Source of the DNA: Leptogorgia sarmentosa
Lineage: Eukaryota
Assembly (NCBI GenBank): GCA_964658305.1
Contig: OZ210885.1
Location: 3,100,001-3,164,000 of the forward strand
Direction of reading: 5' to 3'
DNA length: 64,000 nucleotides
The translations under genes were made by a program, and so were the position numbers. A model generated the notes under the pieces. It saw nothing but the letters and a program-made list of their open reading frames with translations, searched no databases and was not told the DNA's origin. Shown one piece after another: positions 1-13,737 of this stretch (position 1 is the first letter of the stretch; every line of letters begins with the position of its first letter).

Positions 1-355
1 GGCGTGTAGAAATACACAAACCAAAACACTGGGTTAAATTTTAACACAGGGTTAGCGCTAACCTAGCTTTGAACAACTGGCCCCTGCAGTTTAAAGGCCC
101 GTTCACACGAGAGCGATTTTGGTGCGATTTCTGGTTTTCTCCTTTCGACTCATGTGAACGAGTAAGCAAATCTCGAAAGTTCAGGCGAGGAAGCACGCAC
201 TCAGCACATTTGTTATTAACCCTCTCGTTTGCTTTTGAACAACTAGCTTTGAACAAATGGCCCCTGGCTTATTATAAACGCCTTGGAGTTGGCCAAATTT
301 GCAAACATGCATATCTTCACAGCTCACACTAATTCACACCATGAATACAACTTAC

Positions 356-3300
356 TTTTTAAGATTATCCTCAGCGCCAGGCGACAGTGTTGTTGGTGCA
401 CTACTGTGAACTGTACTCGAACTTGTTTCAAACACATCAACCAGTAAACCAGCACTGGCATTATTCTGTACCACGGGTGGGGGACTTTGGTTATTAATTA
501 CCACAGGAATAGCCGCTGGTTCTGCAGCGGGCGCAGGTGCAGGATCTGGGCTGGTATGACCGTTTATTGTAGGCTTGCCAGGTTCGACCACTTCTTCCTC
601 AGGGATGCCGGCTGCCAGCGCTTTTTTCTTTTTCAATTTTGCTAAAAGTGAACTTTCTCGCTCTGGGAATGGAGGCATTTCTTCCAGGACGGTCGCCTGA
701 GAAATACAAAGTTTGATACAGTCGGTAAAAGCCATCGCTGTAGCAGTTTACAAATAACAAGCCTAGTTTACAGGGCCCGCTTGTATCTGTTAGCTTAAAC
801 GGTGGATAAGCAAAATTTTAAAAGCACTCCTATTCGTTTTGTAAATAATTGAACCTAAATTTTATCAACTAAATGTGTACCTCTAAGCATAGTTGTCACG
901 TTCAGACAGAAAAGTTTAGTTTCCTTATAGTCTATAGTTTATAAACTTGTTCGATATTTTTGACTTATCCACCGTTTAAGCTAAACGCCTTTGATACAAC
1001 TGGCCCCAGCCCTATAAGCCTGAAATCCGCTTTTTACTGAGCGACGTTTTTTCCCGCGAAGAATCAAAACGTGAACGTGATTGGGCATTGAGGTCGTAAG
1101 TGATTGTCGCCAGCCAATCAAATTGCTGTATATTCTCTGTTCGCGTGAACATATTCGCCTAGTGGGAAGCAAGGCCTTGTGGAAAGGTTTTCCTATGAAG
1201 TCAGACCTCGGTATGCGCCAATACTACGATTCCGTGGGAAAATAACGAGACTTTACAAACTTCAAACTTTCTCATTTTGACACATTTATACAGACTACTT
1301 CAATTTTCTTAAAATATTTCTCCCCTCCACACATTAAAAATGCTGCGTGGATCTTTTTGAGCAAACCAGGTGACGTGATGTGGTTGTTACAACATTATTT
1401 CAGGGGGGGGGGGGGGAGGAAAAGTAGTAAGTCTCAAAGGTTTGTAGGTTAGTAGATATGAGTGACTTTTGCTGTGTAATAAAACATACCAGTACATCCT
1501 GAGTTGCGATGGAGCTTAACTGGAAATATTCTAAAGCACGCTGTTGGATTTCTGCGTCACTGCTACGTAAATTACTGTTCTGTTGAAGAATCTAGAAAAG
1601 ATAAGACAGTTGCAAAGATTTCATTGAACTGACAAGTGACAAGCTCGTTTCAGAGTTAGCATACAACAATCGTAATAAATATTGTAATTCCTTCACTCAT
1701 TTGAAACAATTATTTGTTGGCTAGAATCATTGAGCTGACGTACAGGGAGAAAATGATGCTTGCAAAGAGACTTCACTCTTTTGCTGCCTAATGACTAAGA
1801 CTTATCGTTCTAAAGAGCGCCTCATAGAGTTAGTCTGTGATAGAAGTCACTGGCTAGAACACCACAGTAACATGCATATCAACATATCGGCTGTCTGATA
1901 CAAACACTTTCCCGCAATTGTCAGAAAATGGGGACATAAGCAGCGACATTTCTCACAACTTTTGCATCCCTGAAAATAATGACCTCACAAAATCTTTCCA
2001 TACCTCTTGGATCTGTTGTTTAATTTCCGGGAAAAGGTTAATAAATTTCACATATGTTGATAACAAGAGACCACGTGTCGATGATGAACATAATGGAAAT
2101 TTGCTGTGGAGCAAATTGAACTGCACCATGGGGCTGAAAAAAGAAAAGATTGTTGAAATAATCTGTCTACATTAGCAGTACATTACAAATTTCAATAAGG
2201 AAACGTTTATTATAACAATGTTTGAAGAAGCAAAGCCCTTCGTCTAAAATTATCAGAAGGGATCGAGCGTGTGTTTATACAAGTTAACGTATTATTAAAA
2301 CATCGCAGGACGAAATAAAACCAATCAGATGGATCTAATGAAAATACGAAATTTCAATATGTGGGTACTGGATAAAAGCGAGGTTTAGATTTGACTTCCA
2401 CTACCAGGGAACATTTGTTCGAAACGTCAAATCTTATCGTATCATTTAGGCACAGTAGTTGTATTTTAATGTTCGTTAGTGACCTGTTATCATTTCAATA
2501 CCAAATCTAAACTCCAAAACTATTGTCACCAAACTTCATTTAGATTTTCCATTATTTTACCTTGATCTGTGATCACCAGCAATAAGATTACCAAATTCTC
2601 CAAGTATATATCCACCAACACGAATCATGTTTTCGTGGCAAGTGGGGGACTGTAACGCTTCAAACACTGTCTTAGCAGCATATCCTTGTATGTCATCTCT
2701 ATTAATAACAACTTGAATCACACGAAACCAGACCTAGAATGAGAGAACACAAAATTTATGCCACTGTTGTTTTCTTTAATCATTTTCCTCTTAGTAAAAC
2801 GTTTTTCCACAAAAATCATCGAATTACTGCATGTCTGTACTGCCAAACGCGCCAGAAGTTAAGATATCACAAATTTGTAGAAATTAAAATACAAAAGAAC
2901 AGTAACGCCGAATTGCATTTTGAAAGTTGAAATTCGCAGTTAAAGTTGCACGATGAAATTTTCGTGCAACCTGAAACGCGATTTTACCGGCAAAATTGCG
3001 TTTCAAGTTGGCTTTGATCGTTAAATATACAGTACATACGTATGTTATTTAAACGATTCAACATGCATGCAAAGCTAAAAACGTCGAAAAAATAAGGAAC
3101 AGCAGCAAATTTACTGGGCTTCAAAAAGACACATATGGTCACGGAGCACTCTTCGTAACACATCCAGGACTATCAGCTTACCTCCTCGCTCACATAATCT
3201 CCTGCCACTCGTATTAAACTGAGGATTGTATCCACATACCACTCGTAATCTGTCGCGTACTTCTCCGCCAGAATTGCAACTTTTAAAACCTGTAACAGCA

Positions 3301-6300
3301 TTAGAAACAAAGTTAAATCTCGCCTACTTCGTTTTACTGTAAAACACAGCTGAAACACTTCAGTACTATTAAATATGAGACGTAGCGGAGAACATCAACA
3401 AGCAGCTAAAGGATACAATATCCGACATAGAAGTGGAAACGTCGAATCTTATTGTATCATCGGGTATGTAGTAGAGAACTTTTTGCTTCTTGTTGGGGTA
3501 AAACAGAACTAAACGTTTCGAACGAAGGCCCTTTGATTGGAGTGAATAAATTTCCTAACGAATTCTCAAAGAAGATTAGGAATCGCTTAATTTTAGCATT
3601 TCGAGTAGTGATTACACTACTTCCCATCAGAGGGCCATCGCTCGAAACAAAATGCCTATGCTTACGAAAATACAGTAGTGAGTAGAACGTTAGCTTCTTT
3701 TGGCAGAGTGAGAGTGTGTCTATGTAAATAGGACCGAATCACAGACTGGATGCATGTGATTGCTAAATGGAGCTTCCCATTCGAAGACAGAGTTGACAAG
3801 GTAAGTTCCTTAACCTTACACATTGATCCGGTACATTAGAAGGAAAGTGCTTACCATTTCTTCTCTGATTGAGTAATCCGCGTGTTCTAAATATTCAATC
3901 ATTTCTGATACAATCTCTTCAGCATTCGTCTTGTCGCACATGGCGTAGAGCAAATCAGCAGCTCTTTGTCGTACACTAACATCACGTTCGTCCTAGCACA
4001 TAGAAACATAAGATTACGTCAAACCATATAACGGTCGCCTTAAGCCTACTGTAGTTCTCAAATGGACGCCGATGAGAGCCTTGCCAGGTCGGCGATATGT
4101 GATCCGGGTCATTGAAGTGAGGACCGCTGGGACGGATGGTCGCAGGCACATGTTTACAGACAACTTTCTCGCAGGCACATTTGTAAAACGTTTGAGGACC
4201 ACTTTACGTTAAAATACGTGATGCATTACTATTGCTCTATTGAAATCTTTATTGGTAGAAAGATTGACAAGTTAAAATTTGTTACTCTAAACTGTAGGGA
4301 ACAACCACCTGCATGGGTCAGCGGTTACGTAGAATATTCGTTTGTTGGGGGGGGGGAAAAGGGAAAGAATATTACATATATGTATCACATGATGACCCGT
4401 GTTGCATGAAGTTATTTTGCAAGCACATTTTCAAATCATTTTCGCGGTAATGATGATAATAACCAATATAAAAGTTTGTACATACGTATGGTTATCATTT
4501 AGAATTCGCAGGATGCATTGCTATACTGACCTTCAATGCCTTTACAATTGTTTCTTGATGTTTCCTTACAGCATCTCTAGAGTAATCTGATTGGGACATC
4601 GCACAAAGTCCTTCCAGAGCTAAATACCTAATAGAAAAAAATCGATACGACAAATTCTTTAACGTCTATTTCAAATGTGGTCATTCTGATCTTAGATTAC
4701 AAGTCAAACTTTGTGTTCATATTTTATCTCTCTACCGTCCATACATCATAATTACGCCTTTTATTACCTTAAATTGGTTTCTTTGTGGGTTAAAAATTGA
4801 CCCAACTGGTTGCAACCGCGTATGAGTAAGCTTTGTTCACTGGAAACAAATAAAGAGAATTACGGGATGATGAAGATAATAAAATCGCACGTGAAACTGT
4901 TTAAAAATATGGCGAAGTTCATTCAAAATAGCTCCTAATATGCTGCACAACAACAACAACAATAAGAGTTGAAGCTTCGCACTTATAAAATATACATCCA
5001 GTGACAATGGACGGGGAGTAAAAAATTGTACGCATTTAGACAATACAGTTACACTAAATGGCTGTGCTGTTTCAAACCTCCAATGTCTATTTTTTAACTC
5101 GACAGGAGAATATAGTACTCTACGAACGAATTACGACAAAATTCAAGTCCTTTTTCTCAGACTGACATAAGAGCGCTTGGCCTTCCGACATGTGCGTATG
5201 ATGACGAAGTAGTATAGTGTTTCCTACCAATCCATGTGAATGATCAAACTGATTGCTTCAAATAACACTGCATTTTTGGCGTTTGAATGTTGAACTTTCT
5301 TCGATTTTGGCGGTTCCTGTTGTAACAAAGAAAAAAGAATTTTGTGAAAGCTACATACGAGCGTTATGGGGCCAGCAGACTGTATGGCAAATGTAGTTTG
5401 GAGAACCCATTTTTTATTAGTATAAAATATATCGAGATGATGATGAGATTTCTTGCAACCTGATTGGTGGACACATTCCAACTTCCAGGCGATATCCCCC
5501 GGTACGGGGTGATTACATGTGTAACATCTTTCAACACGCCGGCTCGAAGAATTTTGTTGAAATTCGGGAAAAAATGAAAATTTTGAAAAACAAAAAGTAT
5601 TTTATATATATAATTTTTACAGTAGCTTTCAGAGGGAGTATACCAACCCGGGGGATTTCAAAATCTAGACGTTTTACAGTAACTCATGCAATGTGCCGAA
5701 ATCAAACGTTAGTCTACCACACAAACTGTCTACTGGTTTCACAAATTCCCCACAAACCTGAGCTTTATTGAGAATCGCCTCTAAAGCTTCATTCAATCTT
5801 CCTAATGTCGCGGGATCATCAACTAAATAATAAAGCAACAAAAAAAACACGTCACGTCACGGATAAATTCTGAAATTTTGAAGATTCGCAGGAGTGATAC
5901 AGGCAAGACAGGTGAAGATTTCAAATCAAGTTTCGAGATTATCTCAGTTTAATCTGCGTCACGTTAGCTCACTCGTTAGTTCACACCAGGACAAAACATT
6001 TAAGTGTTAAAACGCAGATTTCTTGTTTTTCAAGTGAACGCACTATACGTAGCTACAAACTGACACAGCGTTTGACAATCAGGCAAAATTTCGACGCAAA
6101 ATTTTGTGTCGTTTAATTCTGACCGTGTTTGGCTTTCGACTAAGCGTATGTAGAGCAAGACGCACGAATACTTGGCAACAAAATTTTGGCCAGAAAATAC
6201 GATGTACATCTTGCTCATTTTTTTTACCAAAGATTTGGCCCTGAACATTATGGGAGGAATGTTCAGGAATTTGACGACTTTGGACACGGCCTGCTGTACT

Positions 6301-9300
6301 TGCGAAATGTTGTAAAATATGGTTTAAATTGTTGTATGTTTTGTAAAATATGATGAAGATATTTCCTTCTCTATTCCAAGATCAAAAAATCTGCAGAGTA
6401 AGATGTGCGTTGAAACCTTGCAAAGTTCCTGCGATACGGGACTTTAGCAATGCATAATGCAAGCTGGAGCCTCTCAACTACGGCTGTTGTTAAATATAGC
6501 AACGACAATGAATGGAAGTTTTTTGATTTCTGAAATAACATTGAACAAGGAAAGATTTTCTAACCTGGAGGTGGATAAAGCTGTAGTAATTTAAGAAGTT
6601 TTACGCAAAGCCATGGTGCGGGTACAAAGTAGTATGTGTAGTCCTGAAGGTCTGTATACGATGCTGTCACAATCTATAAGAAAATACATAAACATTTTTA
6701 AAATCATGCTTTGAGGCGCACGGCCCGCTTACACTTGTAATTTTTGCTGTGATTCCAGTGCGATATTCTCCTTCTGGCAGATGTGAACGAGTGAATTATT
6801 AGCAAATGTCCTGAATCCATGCTTCCTCGCTTCAACATCCGTAACTAGTTTACTCGTTCACATCCATCAAAAGGAGAAAATCGCATTAGAGATCGTAACG
6901 AAAGTTGCAAGTGTATAAACGAGCCTATAGTAGGAAGCTATCATTACTTGTGACAAGGGAGAGGGAGGGCAATTTTTCTTGGCTCTGAGTCTATATATAG
7001 GTGATTCGTAACATTATAAATTTCACCCTGCTCTGACCGTGAGTAAAAGACCTGGAACTAGCTACGTACCAAATAGAAATTTATTTTGCTGTTCTGAAAT
7101 CGTTCCACTCCAGTCTGGAAGAGTGTGATAGTACCAGACGTTTTAGTTCACGCCACTCTCAAACAGTCAAAAAACTTTTCCTACGGTCAGCGCAGTTTAC
7201 TTTAGGCAGGTTTTGGTTATAAAATGAAATGTTATAAGTGTTTTAAACTGTTTGGGAAGAAAAAAAGTCTGGTATGAATCATATTTGTATGGACTGGTAG
7301 TGCTCAGTGGGAGATCGATGGTTCCTTCCATTGAACGAGGCGAAGAGTCGAGCTCATGAAATATCGTCATCATTATACTCAAAGACAAGCGTTATGTCGT
7401 CACGAAAATATTTCATGCACTTAAATTGGATAAGACTCGCTACCAATCCCAGTTGACTGGATAGCTCAATTGGTAGAGCGGCGGTCTGGATACCCGAAGA
7501 TGCGAGTTCAAATCCCGCTCGAGACAACGAATTTTCCGTTGTTGTTCTTCTGCAGTGTCAGATTAATACGAATCTAGTTTTTCATATCTCTGAGGATGGT
7601 TCTTAAATAGAATTGAAACACTGCGTGTCCTCAAAAAGACAAGCGTCACGTCGTCATGAAAATATTTCATGCACTTAAATTGGATAAGACTCGCTACCAA
7701 TCCCAGTTGACTCGGCTTCGCCTCGTTTAACAACGCCGTCTCGGGAACACAAAACTCACCGTTCCCCTCTGTATCAGTAAATAAATTATAACTATACCAT
7801 TCATCTTACAGTACTGTATTCTTTTTAAAAACACTTACTCTACTTAGCCGTCCCACAGCGACTTGGACACATCCTTGAAATTCATCTGGACTCCGTTGAA
7901 CAAGTGAATGTATAAGACTGGTGGCCGAGGTAACTACGCCCTAAAACAACAATATACCATATGGAATATAAGATATAATAAAAACACGGTACGCAACCGT
8001 TGACTGGTCGAGAAGCGTACTTCTGTAGCTGGTTCAAAACAAGGATAATTTTACTTGAAAGAGTGTAATTTAGGGTAATTTAATAAGTGAGGACCAATGG
8101 TCACATTTTTCACAAATAACATTTTTGCAGGCACATTTGTAAAATGTTTGACGCCATTTTACGTAAAATACGTAATGCATTTACTATCTTGTAGACCTGT
8201 TCCTATTGCTCAATTAAGACCCCCCGCAAGAGCGAGTTCCAGTGCGATTTTCTCCTTTTGACGGATGTGAACGAGTAAATCAGTAACGAATGTCCAGTTA
8301 ACGAGGCACACATTCGTTACTAATCCACTCGTTCACATCTATCAAAAAGAGAAAATCGCAGCAAAAAATCACTCGACGTGTGAACGGTTAAAATCTTTAA
8401 CATGTGGCCAGACTGACACGCACAAATTTCACGCTACAAATTACTGTAAAGAACAACTACCTGCGTGCGCTGCACGTGCATAAAATTCGTCTGGGAAGAA
8501 AATTCATAAAAAAATAACAAAAAATTATCCATACCAGATGTTTGTCATTTAACAACTGCACAATTCTCGAAGTCCACTCAGCTTGGTGAAGAACTTCTTT
8601 CTTGATTCGATACAAATGCAACAGACACAACGCCGCACATTGCTTCACGCTGTCTGATGTCTCCCCAGAAATGATTAATTTGGGAATCTCACCACTGAAA
8701 GCCTCGACCATCTCAGTATTGCCAATATTCGCGATGCATTGTAAAGCTAGGTTGACATGAACTGGATTACGATTGGCTAAGTCATTCTTGATGTTCTGAA
8801 TAATGAGCCGCATTAGGTCACTGTTTGCACTTATTAAAACTGAGATGAACAGGTAACCCTAGGAAAATACAACTGAAATGAGTTCTTTGAAGTAGTATTA
8901 CAGTACATAGTGTAAAAAATTAATTTTTTATTTATTTCTATTATTGCAAAACATTCAATCCGTAAAAGACAGATTGTATAATAGACATTTTTAAAAATTA
9001 GTAATATTCATTACATCAGGGTTTAAGATCATCCTTAAGTAAAAAGTTTATGTGAACCCCCACCCCCTTGGGAAAGGGTTGGGCAGCTACCTCCCCCTGC
9101 CCCCAGGTTCTGGCATCCCTTGACATAACCGTGTACCAGTGGTTATAAAATTTCATTTGGTACTGAATAAAACTTATAATCAATATGGCAGGTTTCAATT
9201 TGTCCAAAATCCCCTTACTAAGAACTCTTGTGTAGTTCCAGCGAGGTACGAGCGTCAGAACGAAGAGCCTGGGTACGAGGTTGATAATTTATACACTTTC

Positions 9301-12300
9301 TATGCAAACAGCATAAAGCCTGGGTCACAGTAGTCGCAATAGTTTTGGGTCAGTGGTCATTGGTGCACATTGCACAAAAGGCTTTGTCTGTCAGAAGGAA
9401 ATACAATAGACCAGCAGTGATGTGCAACTAGTGCGAGCCAGGCTTTTACTGATCTATACTTGTGAAAAAAAGACACAATTAGTATGGGCTGATTCAGGCT
9501 CAACAATGCTGAACAATGTATAGTAATGCTATGAATAAATAGGTAGAAATAAGTACTTTTCAAAGCCGAGTTGTTGACTGTAAGCTTGCGAGCGAGGAAA
9601 TAACAACTAATAACAATGTGGACAGCATAAAATTGTTGCATCCTGTTCTCATGAACAAGTCAAAATCTTTGGCTGTGTAGTGTGTAGCATTTCAGAGCTG
9701 TCTTGCTACTGGAAGTTGCTACTGAGTGCTATGCCAAATTAAAGTTTTATGCTAAAACAAATTTCATTATTTCTGATTTGAAATGCTCCTTTTTTAATAC
9801 ACACCGTAGAGTAAAAATACGGATGTTACTTACAATTTGTTTCTCCGTGTATTTATTTGACGACAGCAAGTTCACAGCCTCCATGTGACCAAAATCAATG
9901 TCATGTCCAAGTAGAAATATAAATAACAGTTTGCAAACATATTTCTTCTTTTGATAACCATCGAGCTGCTTATCTCCTAAAATAATAGATTTAGTAAGTT
10001 TGTCATTGACATTTTCAAGCCCAACTTTCCCCCAGATTCTTATATTCCAACTTTTTTGGTCATGAAATTTCTTGTTTTTTTTCAAATACAGGTTTGGTTA
10101 TACATATAATATTAGTAATAATATTACAGATATAGGTGTACATGTCTGTTGGGAGGCGATTGGTTTATGATAAATGAAAAGTTAAGCATGATTTGGTACT
10201 GTTAAAGTAGAACTTTTTGACACTTGAAATGTGTCAATGAATAGTGAAATGGTTGTTCGTAATTGCATGAATTTGGAGAAGTTCAGTTGATGAGCATGTA
10301 TGACTAAATTGATAAATTGGGGACATTTTAAGAGTTAGAGATATTTTGAAGATAGAGTTTTTTTATTTTAGATTTAGACATTATTTATACATATGTTACC
10401 ATTTTCAGTATAGTAAGGAAAAATTGTGCACAAAAGTTGTTGCCCAACATTTGGCAGAAAAAGTCCCATGATGGATTACTTCTCAAAAATGCTTTGAAAA
10501 GCTTGAAAACTTCATAATATTTGAGATACAAATTTCAAACTTCAAGGTCGTACAGCTTGCTTGGATTTAATTGCTCAATGCGCATATACTTTGCCCCTAA
10601 AAATCTTTAAATATCATATTCTTGCTGTTTTAGCTATCAGACAAATGTTACCAATTTTCTAGGTTAAAATTTGTTGGGAAATAAGGAATACAAATGCCTT
10701 GAAGCTTTCTTCAAAGCTCTTAAAGCTTTGACCTTCAGAGGAAAATTAGCTGAATTGCTGTTCAAACCTGTTTCAACATTAATATAGGCAACTTGATTTG
10801 AAAACTTGTATCAAGATTTTGATTATTGCCATTAAGCTAAGGAAAAGCAAAGACATTGGGGTAGAGAAAAGGCCTTTTTGTCAGGAATTAACATCATACT
10901 AATTCACAATTCATTCTACTCAAAATTTATAGTACTGTTTAGGTAACAAGTAGAACTTTTGCAGCTTCTTTTAAAACATCAGTAGCTTGCATTAATTTCA
11001 TTGTTAATTAATGTTTTAATTGATTTTGTTTACTGTTAGTAATAACAATTTTATAACATACAGTAGGTAAGAATGAATTTGCTGTTCCAAACACATTGTT
11101 GTACCCACGAAAAGCTAGAATTATATGCAGCTTGTCAATGACATTAAAAGATAAAAATATGAAGAAAGATAATGCCATCTGGATCTAGCAAAATTAAGAA
11201 TATGAATAAAACAATAGCTTGAATCATCTCAAGATGGCATTATTATTTGATGATATTTTTAATATCATCATTCTTAATTCCATCCATTATAAAAAGTCAT
11301 GTACGGCTTTACACACATCATCCACCATTGTGGGTTTTACTTGAGTTTCTTTCTGCCAACATAGCCTTCTAATCCAACACAGCCTTCTAATCCAACACAA
11401 GCATGCATGTAAGTGTTGCCAGATGTAAATTATACAAGAAAAAAGCAGTTACATTATTTGTTATCAACTAAAAATGCTTTCATGATTGCATCTTGCACTA
11501 ATCAGATTTTGTTATCGTTCTGCAATTGTTGGGATTTACTCCAACCTTCTAGCTTGTATGCTTGTAAAACTTTCTGGACAAATGCAGATTATGCAAGAAC
11601 AAGCCAAAACACTATTTGTTGTTAAAAAATATTTTGATATTACATTTTCTATTTATCTTGAAGGTTGGTCTATTTTATTTCCAAAATACATTTATATTTT
11701 AATTGCTTTTAGGAAACATTAGTAAATAATAAAATATAATCTGTTTGTTTTGGCTTGAGGCACTGTATTAAGAATATTTGACAAATATCTAGCAGACATA
11801 TTGTTATACATTCAAAAGTGGCAAAGGTTTTACTTACTGACCAAACAATACAACAAGATTCAATGTTTTGTCGAGTCTTACAGCCTTTGTTTGAAACTTT
11901 AAATTGTATTGTATTGTTTAGGTAGTGAGTACAACTCTTTCTGTTAGTTCATGTTATTATCCACTACCTACACTGGCCGCATATTGAAGTTCGTTAAATT
12001 AAGCCATTGGGCAAGAATCTGCTGCAATATACTACATATTTTTAAAAATAATTTTACTTGAAAAGAATATGAACAGTTAATATTTAGCAGGTAAATACAT
12101 ATATGCAATAGGCAAATATATGCTTGCACACATGTGTTGTGGTACCTTGACTACACAACAAACTGGGTCTTTAGACTGTTTTTCGATAGAGGGGCTATGT
12201 TTTTGAACCCTTGCCATTACACATTTATTATCAAGCTGTGGCACAAATTAAATTTTTGGGCATATTTTTCAACAAATCTCACACATCAATGCAACAATTT

Positions 12301-12922
12301 CACAAAACCAAAGGAGGCACATTGGAACTTAAAAGCCATGAACTGAACTTTGATCAAAGTTGCCAAATTAGATAATCTTGTAGAAATAATTTGAAACCGG
12401 TTGTATTAAATATTACACAATGCCTATGGAAGCACTTTATATGAATACAACCCTTCTAGAATAGGAAATTTAAAAAAATCACTATATAATACAACAAGCT
12501 TTATATTTCACACTAACGTACCTTGGGAATAATAATACAGCTAGATCTGAACGAAGATGTGCTTTTAATAGCAAAGATTTGGGTTCGAAAACGAGGAAAT
12601 ATCAAATCTATCACAGAGTATAATAATTCACACTACAAACAAACCTTTGAATTTCGATCTTATATTTGCTAGTTCCTTATTGATCCTTTTCAATTCCGAT
12701 TCCCTTGATTTGCCTGAAGGAAAAGTGATATAGTTTTACAAAATAAGAACTGAAAAACAATCAGTATAGACAGGATTTGCTCAATCAACAACGTTACTAC
12801 AAGTAATACTACAAATCGCTCACGAGAAATTATGAAATTGGCATCGGAAAATACTTACAATTTCTGATGTCGGATATAAAAACAGAAAGGCCACGCATCC
12901 CCTCCCCCTTAACGGCAGGCAT
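356..12922 (-). CDS. AP2A: AP-2 complex subunit alpha (alpha-adaptin), coding exons 1-16; 3' part lies outside the window
   Basis: Exons, all GT-AG and phase-compatible: 12859-12922, 12645-12713, 9834-9976, 8535-8858, 7839-7940, 6565-6673, 5758-5822, 5228-5316, 4768-4839, 4531-4627, 3855-3992, 3182-3289, 2561-2733, 2004-2133, 1490-1591, 356-696. The translation [84 protein letters not shown]...[15 protein letters not shown]...[22 protein letters not shown]...[16 protein letters not shown] is the alpha-adaptin trunk followed by the Pro/Ala-rich hinge. Confidence 0.97.
771..1009. mobile_element. Palindromic MITE (related copies at ~16415-16561, ~16587-16782, ~41456-41718)
   Basis: TTAGCTTAAACGGTGGATAAG ... 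CTTATCCACCGTTTAAGCTAA inverted repeats with GGGCC/GGCCC ends. The same internal sequence recurs at 41456-41718. Confidence 0.7.
6722..6925. mobile_element. Palindromic MITE family (partial copies at ~96-240, ~8235-8388, ~15908-16165, ~41060-41312)
   Basis: GGCCCGCTTACACTTG...TTCTCCTT...GATGTGAACGAGT and the inverted ACTCGTTCACATC...AAGGAGAAAATCGC...CAAGTGTA. Confidence 0.7.
7378..7712 (+). repeat. ~253-bp-period direct repeat (~1.3 units) containing the tRNA-like sequence
   Basis: AAAGACAAGCG...GGATAAGACTCGCTACCAATCCCAGTTGACT occurs at ~7381-7458 and again at ~7635-7712. Confidence 0.8.
7452..7528 (+). ncRNA. tRNA-like (pseudo-tRNA or SINE-head) sequence in an AP2A intron
   Basis: A box TAGCTCAATTGG, B box GAGTTCAAATCCC, and recognisable D and T arms. 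The acceptor stem has 2 mismatches and the anticodon stem pairs poorly, so it is probably not a functional tRNA. Confidence 0.6.
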
Positions 12923-13050
12923 TTTGAGAAAAGACAAAGGAGAACAGCCGTAGGTTTTAGCAACTTTCCACTCTTTACTTCAGCAATATTCTCGAAATCG
13001 CCACAAAATACATCTATATGGTTGTCTGTTGAAACGAGGCTTGAGAACAA

Positions 13051-13059
13051 GTCACGTGA
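13051..13059. promoter_or_regulatory. GTCACGTGA E-box (CLEAR/USF-like) upstream of AP2A
   Basis: Motif lies ~130 bp 5' of the AP2A ATG; single occurrence. Confidence 0.35.
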
Positions 13060-13396
13060 GTAGCACCTTCTTTGGCAGGCGCGAGCAGCATTGCGGGCAT
13101 CGCCGCCCAAATTTAAACGTCCAAACCACTGAGCTATAAGAAGACTATTATAGCTCAGTGGTCCAAACCGGCCCAAAAAATCGGGCATGCAGTACCTTAC
13201 CAGCCTCGTTCCCAGGGCTTCAGGGTTAGGGTTAGAGGTTGGTACCGTGAACCACGTTTACTATTTTGGAGCCTTGCAGCATTCGAGGTGATAACGCTTC
13301 TCGAAAAAAATTTAGATAGGTTTAAAGTACACTCTTTGATTGGGACTGCGAGGTATAGAGGTTTAATGCTGAAAATGGAAATACTGTAGGTTTACT

Positions 13397-13634
13397 CAGG
13401 GATGGCGCGACGTTCTAACGGGTGGGGGGCACAATTTCGTGAGGGCACATGTGGATTGCGCAATCATTCAGGCTGGAATAACAAAGTTTAACAGTTGGTT
13501 TAATAGTTTAATGGCGAGCAAAAAAAGCCAAACAAGAACATTCTGCCATCACGGCCATTCACAAAGTCCTGAGCACTTTAGGTCAAAATTATTGGTGGGT
13601 AAATAACCCCCCCCCCCCGGTCGCGTCGTTCCTG
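13397..13634. mobile_element. hAT-type MITE
   Basis: Ends CAGGGATGGCGCGAC / GTCGCGTCGTTCCTG; perfect 8-bp TSD GGTTTACT at 13389-13396 and 13635-13642. Confidence 0.8.
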
Positions 13635-13737
13635 GGTTTACTTGAGTTGGAGTATTTAAATTTGGTGTTTCAACTGGCATATGTACTCAGTATCACTATC
13701 ATGTAGCCAGTCAACTACATATTCAGGCCAATGGGAA

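Noticed and set aside
7452..7528. Functional tRNA-Ser(GGA)
   Set aside because: Mismatched acceptor and anticodon stems, no long variable arm, and it is embedded in a repeat unit.
13222..13236. GGGTTAGGGTTAG as an interstitial telomere
   Set aside because: Only about two units, inside a short repeat-like segment.
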